A stretch of DNA of 64,000 bases, taken from assembly GCA_963717865.1 (NCBI GenBank), contig CAVQXL010000004.1, positions 1,325,840 through 1,389,839 of the forward strand, in the 5' to 3' direction. A program made the translations under genes and the position numbers. Within the stretch, counting starts at the first letter, position 1, and the number at the start of each line of letters is the position of its first letter. This stretch comes from Candidatus Aminicenantes bacterium. GTDB taxonomy: Bacteria > Acidobacteriota > Aminicenantia > Aminicenantales > Saccharicenantaceae. This document shows, one piece after another, positions 1 through 8,413 of the stretch. The notes under the pieces are model-generated. The model did not search any database. It worked only from the letters and a program-made list of their open reading frames with translations, and had not been told where the DNA came from.

Positions 1-153
1 CGCGTGGATGGCCTTGACGGTCTCCGGCCGCTCCGTGTTCCAGGCCTCGGGGCACGCCCCCTGCGGCAGGCCGCGCGCGATGAGCTCCGAGCCCAGGCCG
101 CCGTCGAGGAGAACGGGCCGCTCGCGGACAAGATCGAGGATGGTTCGCTTCAT
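1..153 (-). CDS. homocysteine S-methyltransferase-domain protein, 5' part only (runs off the window edge)
   Basis: Absent from the ORF track because it is open to the edge. ATG at 153 (cat 151-153) gives MKRTILDLVRERPVLLDGGLGSELIARGLPQGACPEAWNTERPETVKAIHA. This shows the LLDGGxG...PExWN...P..V..IH pattern of the Hcy-binding domain of MetH/BHMT-type enzymes. It begins 8 nt after the stop of the RACo-like gene. Confidence 0.6.
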   Translation of the reverse strand, partial: MKRTILDLVRERPVLLDGGLGSELIARGLPQGACPEAWNTERPETVKAIHA

Positions 154-161
154 TCGGGTCC

Positions 162-1925
162 TCACTTATAAGGTTCGAATCTCATGGACTTGACGAATTC
201 CTTTTGAAAGCCCGGGCAGGAAGCCAGGGATATGTGCCGGACCCCGCGGGCGAACGCTTCGGTCCTCCTGCGCTCCGGACGGGATAGGAGGAGCTTTCGG
301 GCGCCGGCCAGCGACGCATTGCCGACAAAGGCGACCCTGGACGCGTCGAGCGAGGGCAGGAGCCCGATGGCCATGGCGTTCCGGACGTTGAGCGAGGCAC
401 CGAACGCCCCGGCGACGAAGAGACGGTCGAGGCCGGCGACGGAGATCCCGGCTTCCTCGAGCATCAGCAGGACTCCCGTCCTGATCGCCGCGACGGCGAG
501 CTGGAGTCGCCGCACGTCCTGCTGGGTCAGAGAGATCCCTCCGGCGACCGGGATCGTCCGCGAAGCCTCCCGGATCCTGCCGTCGGCGGAAAGGAGCCCG
601 TGCCGGAGCCCGACGGCGAGGATGTCGACAAGCCCCGTGCCGCACACGCCGAGGGCGGGGGTGCCGCCGATCGTCCGGACCGCCAGGCCGCCCTCCCAAC
701 GGGCGGCGCCGATCGCTCCCGGGATCGCCAGCATCCCGCAGCCGATGGTCATGCCCTCGAAAGCGGGGCCGGCCGCGGTCGAACTCGTCGTCGTCCGCGC
801 CCCTTTCTTGAGGACGATCTCGCCGTTGGTGCCCAGGTCGATGAACAGGGTGTTGCCGGGCCGGGCCCGCAGGTCCAGGGCGGAAGTCCCGGCCGCGATG
901 TCCCCCCCCACGAAGCTCTTGAGGTTCGGCGCAATATAGACCCGGCACCGGGGATTGACCATGAATCCGAGGTCGGCGGCCCTGACCGAGGGCGCCTTGG
1001 CGAAGACGGCGTGATAGGGGGCCGTGGCGAGCGTCGTCACGGGAACTCCGAGGAGGATGTGGTTCATGGCGGAGTTCCCGGCCGCAACGATCTCGTAAAT
1101 GTGCTCGGGGGCGACGCCTCGTTCGCGGGCGAGGCCGTCGATCATGCCGTCGATCTGCCTGCGGAGAACGTCCGCGAGCCGCTCGAGGTTCCCGGCGGAC
1201 TCGCCGGCGTAGGTGATCCTCGAAACGACGTCCGCACCGTAAGGTGCCTGGGCGTTCACGGCGGCCGCCCGGCCGAGCCTCCGGCCCGAAACGAGGTCGA
1301 TGAGCTCGACCGCGATCGTGCTCGTGCCGACGTCGACGGCGGCTCCGAAACAACGGCTCGACGTGTCGCCCGGCTCGACGTCCAGGAGCTCTTCGCCGTC
1401 GAGGAGCGTCACGGTAACGGGCCCGCCTTCGCGGCCGGGAGCGGCCGCGGCCCGGGCGGCGGCGCCGGCTGAATGATCCAAGCGCTTCCCAAGCCTCCGC
1501 TCGAGGGCCTCGAGAGCCGAGACCGGGTCGGACAGGCTGGGCGCGGGAACGTCGAACGAAAGCTTACGGACGGCGGGGTCGGGGCGGACCTGGGCCTCGA
1601 GGCCCGTGTCCAGAACGGCCACGTCCTTGAGGAGAGACCCTCCGGGGACCTTGACAGTGAGATCTCCGCGAACCCGCGTCAGACAGGCGAGACGGGACCG
1701 GGGACCGAGCTTTTTCCCGCGGAGGAATTCGGCCTCCGTTTCCGACGGAGGGGCGACTTCGCCCCGGACGATCTCGACCAGGCACTTGCCGCAGATCCCC
1801 CTTCCGCCGCAATAGAGACCCATCGGGATCCCCTCTGCCCTGAGGACGTCGGCAAGGAGGTCTCCGTCCGAGGCCGTGCCGGCCGACCGCGGGGAAAGGA
1901 CCTTGACCGTATATTTCCTGGACAT
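162..1925 (-). CDS. 2Fe-2S ferredoxin / ASKHA (DUF4445) protein, RACo-like reductive activator of corrinoid enzymes
   Basis: ORF 162..2039; the best start is M39 (ATG at 1925, MSRKYTVKV). The N-terminus carries ferredoxin cysteines CGGRGICGKC...RLAC. The C-terminal two thirds carry ASKHA-type phosphate motifs (AVDVGTSTIAVEL, FIDLGTNGEIV, GVCGTGLVD). Confidence 0.75.
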   Translation of the reverse strand: MSRKYTVKVLSPRSAGTASDGDLLADVLRAEGIPMGLYCGGRGICGKCLVEIVRGEVAPPSETEAEFLRGKKLGPRSRLACLTRVRGDLTVKVPGGSLLKDVAVLDTGLEAQVRPDPAVRKLSFDVPAPSLSDPVSALEALERRLGKRLDHSAGAAARAAAAPGREGGPVTVTLLDGEELLDVEPGDTSSRCFGAAVDVGTSTIAVELIDLVSGRRLGRAAAVNAQAPYGADVVSRITYAGESAGNLERLADVLRRQIDGMIDGLARERGVAPEHIYEIVAAGNSAMNHILLGVPVTTLATAPYHAVFAKAPSVRAADLGFMVNPRCRVYIAPNLKSFVGGDIAAGTSALDLRARPGNTLFIDLGTNGEIVLKKGARTTTSSTAAGPAFEGMTIGCGMLAIPGAIGAARWEGGLAVRTIGGTPALGVCGTGLVDILAVGLRHGLLSADGRIREASRTIPVAGGISLTQQDVRRLQLAVAAIRTGVLLMLEEAGISVAGLDRLFVAGAFGASLNVRNAMAIGLLPSLDASRVAFVGNASLAGARKLLLSRPERRRTEAFARGVRHISLASCPGFQKEFVKSMRFEPYK

Positions 1926-2046
1926 CGCGTCTCCCGAAAGGACTATTCTAATCCATTTAGGCCGGGCCCGTGAACACTTTTTTCGACGGCGGCCAAGATC
2001 CCCCCGGGCCGCCCCGCCCGAAAGAGTTCTCATTATCATAATTGAC

Positions 2047-2076
2047 TTGACAAACGGTTTCAGGGTCCAGTATTAT
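2047..2076 (+). promoter_or_regulatory. sigma70-like promoter candidate inside an AT-rich island (about 2026-2120) between divergent genes
   Basis: TTGACA (2047-2052), an 18-nt spacer, then TATTAT (2071-2076). It sits in tattattaatatcgtaataatattatgatattcataatat, the only AT-rich stretch in the 315-bp divergent gap. Many alternative hexamers exist on both strands. Confidence 0.3.
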
Positions 2077-2255
2077 TAATATCGTAATAATATTATGATA
2101 TTCATAATATGCTTTATCGAGTACCTCCTCTCTTTGGCGGCAAGTTCCATGGCCCTGTTCGTCGAGTCCCCCCCTCACGCCCAGGGCGGGTGCGGCGGTC
2201 CCCGGGCCGCCGCACCCCATCTTAAGTTGAAGAGCTTGGCTTGGATCCCGTCCTG

Positions 2256-3314
2256 ATGGCGGCCCCGGCAGCGTTCCGGGCCTTGCGCCGGGATATCATC
2301 AGGGGACTGGGTACCGGAGTGACGTTCTTCCTGTGCGCATTAGCCAATCCCGTCCGGGCCGCTTTGCCGACCCAGATCAGCGGCGAGGTCTTCTCCGAGT
2401 TCTATTCCGTCGCCCGGCACCATGACCCGGCCGTCCAGGGCCAGAACGGCTTCTGGTTCCGAAGGATCAACCTCACCTTCGATAACGCCCTGTCCTCCAA
2501 CCTGTCGTTCCGCTTCAAGCTCGAGATGTCCTCCTCCGGCGATTTCAAGTCGAATTCCCTCCTTGTCCCGTTCGTCAAGGACGCCTTCATCAACTACCGC
2601 CTGAAGGGCCAGGACCTCCAGTTCGGCATCATCTCGACCCCGACGTGGGAAAACGTCGAGTCCTTCTGGGGATACCGGGCGCTCGAAAAGAGCCCCTGCG
2701 ACCTCCAGAAGTTCGGCGCGGCCAGGGATTTCGGCATCTCCCTGAAAGGCGGCCTGAATGCCGCCGGGACCGTCTCCTATAAGGTGATGTTCGGGAACGG
2801 CGAGGGGAATAACGCTGAGACCAACAAGGGGAAAAAGGTTTACGCCCAGATCGTCGTCAGGCCCCGGAAGGGCTTCCTCCTCGACCTCTATGCCGACACC
2901 GAGCGGCAGAAGGACTCGAGGACCTATCGACTGTGCCAGGTCTTTGCCGGGACCGAGGGCCGATGGGGAAGGGCCGGCTTTCTCTATGCCCGGAGAAGCA
3001 CCCGGCTGGACGAGTCGCGCGACCACTGGGACCTGTGGTCCGCCCTGGCCGTCATCAAGGCCCATCCGAAGGCCGAGCTGGTCCTTCGCTTCGACAGGAT
3101 GGCCGACCCGAACCCGCTCGGTTCCGGGATCTCCTACATCCCGTTCTCGGACCGCGCCCCGTCGAACCTCGTCATCGCCGGGCTCGGCTGGAAGGTCTCC
3201 GACGCCGTCACCATCATTCCCAATGTCAAACACGTTTATTATGATAAACTTGGGGGCGTATCCGGGCCCGGATCGGACACGTATCTCAACTTGAGCGGGC
3301 GTCTCAAGTTCTGA
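2256..3314 (+). CDS. putative outer-membrane beta-barrel porin (OprO/OprP-like)
   Basis: ORF 2241..3314; ATG at 2256 gives a signal-like N-terminus (MAAPAAF...FFLCALANPVRA/ALP). The sequence has alternating amphipathic beta-strand character, is Gly/Asn/Ser/Tyr-rich, and ends in the terminal aromatic ...LSGRLKF. The family assignment is from memory of porin O/P features, not a search. Confidence 0.5.
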   Translation: MAAPAAFRALRRDIIRGLGTGVTFFLCALANPVRAALPTQISGEVFSEFYSVARHHDPAVQGQNGFWFRRINLTFDNALSSNLSFRFKLEMSSSGDFKSNSLLVPFVKDAFINYRLKGQDLQFGIISTPTWENVESFWGYRALEKSPCDLQKFGAARDFGISLKGGLNAAGTVSYKVMFGNGEGNNAETNKGKKVYAQIVVRPRKGFLLDLYADTERQKDSRTYRLCQVFAGTEGRWGRAGFLYARRSTRLDESRDHWDLWSALAVIKAHPKAELVLRFDRMADPNPLGSGISYIPFSDRAPSNLVIAGLGWKVSDAVTIIPNVKHVYYDKLGGVSGPGSDTYLNLSGRLKF

Positions 3315-3350
3315 GGGACCTGGGAAACTCTCGAGCGGAGGAGGAACGAC

Positions 3351-4610
3351 GTGAGCAGAAGGGCCGGAAGGTTCATGGTCGCCGCGGGGATCGCGCTGTG
3401 CCTGTCGTCCGCCGGAGCCGGGCCTGAGGAGCGTCCTATCGTCATTCGGGGCGGAAAGGTCTTCACGGTGACGCAGGGGATCGTCGAGAGCGGGATCGTC
3501 ATCATCGAAGGCGGAAAGATCCGGGCGATCGGGAAGGACCTGGCGGTCCCGGCCGATGCGAAGCTCATCGATGCTTCGGGGAAATATGTATTCCCCGGGT
3601 TCATCGATGCAGGGACGGACATCGGGACCGTCGCGCCCGGAACCTCCGAAGCAGACGACGACGAATTCTCCCAGCCGCTGACCCCCCAGCTCAGCGTCAC
3701 CGACGCCTTCGACCCCGACAACCGCTTCGTCGCGGCGGCGGCGCGCCGTGGAATCACCTCGGCCCTCGTCGCTCCCGGCAGGGGAAATGTCCTTTCCGGC
3801 CGAAGCGCGCTCATCCGTTTGGATGGGGGAGACATCGCCGGAATGATCGTCAAGTCCCCGGCCGCCGTCCACGGGACCCTCGGGGAAGCGCTCAAGCCCA
3901 GGTCCAAGAAGAACAGCGCATACCCCTACACTCGCATGGGCACGGCCGCAATGCTCAGGCAGGCCTTGTCCGATGCCCAGGACCACGGCCGCCGCCTCGA
4001 CGACGCCCTACGCAAGCGGGCCGCGGCCAAGGAAGGTTCGACGCCGCTCCCGCTCCCGGAAGCGTCTCCCGTCGTCGCGGCCCTCCTCCCGGTGATCAAG
4101 GGCGACCTGCCCCTCGTCCTGACGGCCAACCGCTACGACGATATCCTGACCGCCCTCAGGATCGCGGAGGAATTCGGGATCCGGCTCGTCATCGATGAAG
4201 GCGCCGAAGCCTCTCGGGCGGCGGAAGCCCTGGCCGCGCGAAAGGTCCCCGTGATCCTCCGGACGTACGCGGCCCTGGGCCGAACGGTCGAAACGTCCGC
4301 CGCCGTCTTCGAGAACGCCGCCCGGCTCCGGAAGGCAGGTGTCACGATCGCGTTCAAGTCCGGACCGGCCCTGGACGGCGAAGACCTGCTCGACGGGGTT
4401 CGGGCCGCCCTGCGCCACGGGCTGGCCCCTGAAGACGCCCTGCGCGCCCTGACCGCGGACGCGGCCGCGATCTTTGGAGCCGGCAACGCCGTCGGAGCGC
4501 TCGAAGCCGGAATGTCCGCGGATATCGTGATCTTCGCGGCGGATCCATTCGCCTCCGCGATCGGGCCCGAAACGGTCATCGTCGCGGGCCGGGTCCTCGA
4601 AATCGAGTAG
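3351..4610 (+). CDS. amidohydrolase-fold protein, secreted, lacking the HxH metal motif
   Basis: GTG start preceded by GGAGGAGGA, with signal peptide AAGIALCLSSAGAG. The N-terminus is amidohydrolase-like (IVIRGGKVFTV..VIIEGGKIRAIG..IDASGKYVFPGFID). The expected HxH is replaced by AGTDIG. Confidence 0.7.
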   Translation: MSRRAGRFMVAAGIALCLSSAGAGPEERPIVIRGGKVFTVTQGIVESGIVIIEGGKIRAIGKDLAVPADAKLIDASGKYVFPGFIDAGTDIGTVAPGTSEADDDEFSQPLTPQLSVTDAFDPDNRFVAAAARRGITSALVAPGRGNVLSGRSALIRLDGGDIAGMIVKSPAAVHGTLGEALKPRSKKNSAYPYTRMGTAAMLRQALSDAQDHGRRLDDALRKRAAAKEGSTPLPLPEASPVVAALLPVIKGDLPLVLTANRYDDILTALRIAEEFGIRLVIDEGAEASRAAEALAARKVPVILRTYAALGRTVETSAAVFENAARLRKAGVTIAFKSGPALDGEDLLDGVRAALRHGLAPEDALRALTADAAAIFGAGNAVGALEAGMSADIVIFAADPFASAIGPETVIVAGRVLEIE

Positions 4611-4625
4611 AAAGGATAGAACCTC

Positions 4626-5015
4626 ATGAACCCATCGAACACCGGCCGCCCCGCCGGAAGGACGGAGGCCGACCCGCACCCTTGGGTGAAGGAATTCCCG
4701 GGCACGCTCACGGTGTGCGACAAGGACGGCATCATCATCGATATGACCGACCGGGCCGCCAAGGCCTTCGCGGAAGGCGGGAACCCGGACCTCATCGGAG
4801 CCCCGATCCTCGACTGCCATCCCGCGGCGGCCAAGGTCAAGCTGAAAGCCCTGTTCGATAGCCGCAAGAAGAACGTCTATACGTTCACCAAGGACGGCCG
4901 GAAGAAGCTCGTCTTCCAGACGCCCTGGACCGTCGACGGCGAGTACGCCGGGTATCTGGACCTCACGATCGAGATCCCGGCGGACATGCCCCACTTCGAC
5001 CGCGACGCGAAATGA
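4626..5015 (+). CDS. small PAS-domain protein (DUF438-associated PAS type)
   Basis: 129 aa. LTVCDKDGIIIDMTDRAA..GAPILDCHPAAAKVKLKALF...YAGYLDLTIEI resembles the CHPxxS-type PAS fold found at the C-terminus of DUF438 proteins. An AAAGGA RBS lies upstream. Confidence 0.45.
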   Translation: MNPSNTGRPAGRTEADPHPWVKEFPGTLTVCDKDGIIIDMTDRAAKAFAEGGNPDLIGAPILDCHPAAAKVKLKALFDSRKKNVYTFTKDGRKKLVFQTPWTVDGEYAGYLDLTIEIPADMPHFDRDAK

Positions 5016-5055
5016 TCGACGGGACGCCCGCCGTTCGCCTTTCGAGAGGAGCTCG

Positions 5056-6765
5056 ATGATGATCCAGAGAATATTCGCCTCTTTCCTTTGCCTGTTCGTC
5101 CTCGCGACGAGCGCGCCCGCCGCCCCCGAGTCGTCTCCGGCGGACCTCATCCTCGCCGCCGGCCGGATCCGGACCATGGACCCGGCCCGCCCCTGGGCGG
5201 AATCCGTCCTGATCAGCCAGGGGAGGATCGCCCGCGTGGGCTCGAACGCCGAGATCGCCGCCGCCGCGCCGAAAGGGACCGCAGTGATCGACCTCGGCGG
5301 CGCGTTCGTCCTCCCGGGCTTCATCGACTGCCACACGCATTTCCTGAACGGAGGATACGCGCTGTCGAGCATCCAGCTGAAAGACGTGCGGTCCCGGGAG
5401 GAGTTCGCCGCCCGATTCGAGGCCAAGGTCTCCGGGATGAAGAAGGGGGCCTGGGTCCTCAACGGGACCTGGGACGAGGAGGGATTCACGCCGCCGGCCC
5501 TGCCGGCCAAAGAATGGATCGACCGCCAGACACCCGACAACCCCGTGTTCGTCAGGCGCTACGACCTTCATATCGGGCTGGCCAACAGCCTGGCCCTGAA
5601 GATCGCCGGCATCACGAAGGACACGCCGTCCCCGCAGGGGGGCGAGATCCTCAAGGACCCTGCGACCGGGGAGCCGACGGGGATCCTCAAGGAAGCGGCC
5701 ATGGGCCTTGTGACCGACCTCATCCCGCCTCCGTCCCCCGAGGATGATCTCCGGGCGGTCGAAGCTGCCCTCGCCCACGCCGCCGAATACGGCGTGACGT
5801 CCGTCCACGAAATGGCCTACCCCGACAGCTTCACCCCGGCCTTCGAAGCTTACCAGAAGCTGTATCGGGCAGGGAAGCTGACGACCCGCATCTACTTCTA
5901 CGTACCTATCACACGTATCGACCTCCTCGAAGGCCTGCGGCTGAGGTCGCCTTTCGGGAACGACTTCCTGAGGATCGCCGGATTGAAGGCGTTCTGCGAC
6001 GGGGGTCTCGGGGCCCGGACGGCCGTCTTCGACGAGCCCTATGCCGACGACCCTGGCAACACCGGGATCCTCCACACCCAGATGTCGCCTCCGAGCCTGA
6101 TGGAGGAGCGGATCCTGAAGGCCGACCGCCTGGGTCTCCAGGTGGCCGTCCACGCCATCGGGGACAAGGCCAACGCCCTCATCCTCGACATCTTCGAGAA
6201 AGCCGTCGCCGCCAACGGACCCGGGGAGCGCCGTTGGAGGATCGAACACGCCCAGCACCTGCGGCCCGAGGACATCCGCCGCTTCGGCAGGCTCGGGGTC
6301 ATCGCCTCGGTCCAGCCCTATCACGCGATCGACGACGGCCGCTGGGCCGAAAAGCGTATCGGGCACGAGCGCTGCCGGACGACCTACGCATTCAAGTCCC
6401 TCCTCGAGGCCGGCTCGAAGCTGGCCCTCGGCTCCGATTGGATGGTCGCCCCGCTCGACCCGCTCACGGGAATCTATGCGGCCGTCACCCGGGCCACTCT
6501 GGACGGCAAGAATCCGGGCGGCTGGTTCCCGGAACAAAGGATCAGCGTGGAGGAAGCCATCCGGGGATACACGAGCGACGCCGCCTATACCGAATTCGCC
6601 GAAAAGGACAAGGGCTCCATCGAGGCGGGCAAGTTGGCCGACATCGTCGTCCTCGATCGCGACCTGTTCGCCATCTCTCCCGAGAAGATCAAGGACGCCA
6701 GGGTGACGATGACGATCTCCGGAGGCCGGATCGTATACCGCCGGCAGGTCGGAGACGCCCGATAG
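5056..6765 (+). CDS. amidohydrolase family 3 (YtcJ-like) metal-dependent hydrolase, secreted
   Basis: RBS GAGAGGAG and signal peptide MMIQRIFASFLCLFVLATSAPA. Carries the PGFIDCHTHF metal motif, HAIGDKAN, GSDWMVAP and the C-terminal ADIVVLDRD. Confidence 0.85.
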   Translation: MMIQRIFASFLCLFVLATSAPAAPESSPADLILAAGRIRTMDPARPWAESVLISQGRIARVGSNAEIAAAAPKGTAVIDLGGAFVLPGFIDCHTHFLNGGYALSSIQLKDVRSREEFAARFEAKVSGMKKGAWVLNGTWDEEGFTPPALPAKEWIDRQTPDNPVFVRRYDLHIGLANSLALKIAGITKDTPSPQGGEILKDPATGEPTGILKEAAMGLVTDLIPPPSPEDDLRAVEAALAHAAEYGVTSVHEMAYPDSFTPAFEAYQKLYRAGKLTTRIYFYVPITRIDLLEGLRLRSPFGNDFLRIAGLKAFCDGGLGARTAVFDEPYADDPGNTGILHTQMSPPSLMEERILKADRLGLQVAVHAIGDKANALILDIFEKAVAANGPGERRWRIEHAQHLRPEDIRRFGRLGVIASVQPYHAIDDGRWAEKRIGHERCRTTYAFKSLLEAGSKLALGSDWMVAPLDPLTGIYAAVTRATLDGKNPGGWFPEQRISVEEAIRGYTSDAAYTEFAEKDKGSIEAGKLADIVVLDRDLFAISPEKIKDARVTMTISGGRIVYRRQVGDAR

Positions 6766-6802
6766 ACGAACCTGGGGAGGGAACCCGGATCATGGAGCGT
6801 CA

Positions 6803-8413
6803 ATGAGCAGCCTCTTATTCAAGCACGGGCCCATATGGACGGCCGACCCGTCGCGCCCCCGGGCCGAGGCCGTCCTGACGGAAGGGGATCGCATCCTGCG
6901 GGTCGGCGACGAGGCCGAGCTCGAAAAGCTTGCGACGGCGGAGACCCGGATCATCGACCTCGACGGCGCCCTCCTCATTCCGGGGTTCATCGATTGCCAC
7001 ACCCATTTCCTGAAGGGAGGCTACGCCCTGTCCCGCATTCAGCTCAGGGACGTCACGAGCCGCGAAGCGTTCGCCGAGCGGATCGCGGCCAAGGTCGCGG
7101 AGCTCGAAAAGGGCTCGTGGATCCTCGACGGGCACTGGGACCATGAGCGGTTTTCCCCCCCGGGGCTCCCCGACAGGTCGTGGATCGACCGGGTCTCTCC
7201 CGATCATCCCGTCTGCGTGCATCGTTACGACCTTCACTCCGCCTTGCTCAACAGCCTGGCGCTCCGGACCTCCGGGATCACGAAGGACACCGTTGCCCCG
7301 GACGGGGGGGAGATCGAGAAGGACCCGAGGACGGGCGAACCGACCGGGATCCTTCGGGACGCCGCCCTGGACCTGGTGGCCCCCCATATCCCGAGGCCGT
7401 CCCGGAAAGCCGCCTGGGCCGCGGCCGAAGCCGCGCTCCGCCATGCCGCCCGGCTCGGGGTCACGTCGGTCCACGACATGTCCGACGCCGCGAGCATCGC
7501 CGTATACCGGGAGCTCTTAGGGGCCGGCCGGCTCACGGCCCGCATCTCCGTCTACCGCCCCATCACCGAGATGGACGCGTTCGACCCCGCGAACGTCCGG
7601 GTCCCGGCCGACAACGGCATGATCCGGGTGGCCGGGATGAAAGGCTTCGCCGACGGCGGCGTGGGCTCGCACAGCGCCTATTTCTTCGAACCCTACGCCG
7701 ACAACCCGGATACGAGCGGCTACCCGTCTCGCGAGATGTTCCCCGAGGGCATCATGGAGGAACGGATCCTGAAAGCCGACCGCGCCGGGCTCCAGGTGAC
7801 CGTCCATGCCATCGGAGACAAGGCCAACGCTCTCGTTTGCGACATCTATGGCCGGGTCCTCGAACGAAACGGAAAACGGGACCGCCGGTGGCGGATCGAG
7901 CACGTCCAGCACGTCAGGCCCGGCGAGTTGGCGCGCATCGCCGCGCTCGGCGTGATCCCTTCGGTCCAGCCCTATCATGCCGTCGCCGAAGCCGACTGGG
8001 TCGAAAAAAGGGTGGGGAAGGAGCGCGCCCGGATGACATACGCTTTCCGGTCCCTCCTCGACGGCGGCGGGAGACTGGCGTTCGGGTCGGATTGGCCCGT
8101 CGTTCCGCTCAACCCCCTGCTCGGGATCCACGCGGCCGTCACCCGGCAGACCGAAGACGGCAAGAACCCCCAGGGTTGGCACCCGGACCAGCGGATCCCG
8201 CTGGAAGCCGCCCTCCTGGCCTTCACGCGGAACGGAGCCCGGGCCGAGTTCATGGAGGACGAAAAGGGGTCGATCGAGCCGGGAAAGCTGGCCGACCTGG
8301 TCGTCCTGGACAGGGATATCTTCGCCGCGGCGCCCGAGCGGATCAAGGACGCCCGGGCCGTCCTGACCGTGGTCGGCGGGCGCGTCGTCCACGAAGCCCG
8401 GACACGGTCATAG
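6803..8413 (+). CDS. amidohydrolase family 3 (YtcJ-like) paralog, no signal peptide
   Basis: Colinear with 5056-6765 and roughly 60% identical by eye (PGFIDCHTHFLKGGYALSRIQL, HAIGDKANAL, GSDWPVVP, ADLVVLDRD). The N-terminus MSSLLFKHGPIWTAD has no hydrophobic leader. Confidence 0.85.
   Translation: MSSLLFKHGPIWTADPSRPRAEAVLTEGDRILRVGDEAELEKLATAETRIIDLDGALLIPGFIDCHTHFLKGGYALSRIQLRDVTSREAFAERIAAKVAELEKGSWILDGHWDHERFSPPGLPDRSWIDRVSPDHPVCVHRYDLHSALLNSLALRTSGITKDTVAPDGGEIEKDPRTGEPTGILRDAALDLVAPHIPRPSRKAAWAAAEAALRHAARLGVTSVHDMSDAASIAVYRELLGAGRLTARISVYRPITEMDAFDPANVRVPADNGMIRVAGMKGFADGGVGSHSAYFFEPYADNPDTSGYPSREMFPEGIMEERILKADRAGLQVTVHAIGDKANALVCDIYGRVLERNGKRDRRWRIEHVQHVRPGELARIAALGVIPSVQPYHAVAEADWVEKRVGKERARMTYAFRSLLDGGGRLAFGSDWPVVPLNPLLGIHAAVTRQTEDGKNPQGWHPDQRIPLEAALLAFTRNGARAEFMEDEKGSIEPGKLADLVVLDRDIFAAAPERIKDARAVLTVVGGRVVHEARTRS

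Noticed and set aside
1975-2022. GC-rich hairpin (CGGCGGCC...GGGCCGCC) next to a T-run in the leader of the RACo-like gene; considered as a terminator or riboswitch.
   Set aside because: The T-run precedes the stem on the plus strand and becomes an A-run after it on the minus strand, so it fits an intrinsic terminator in neither direction. I recognised no known riboswitch core.
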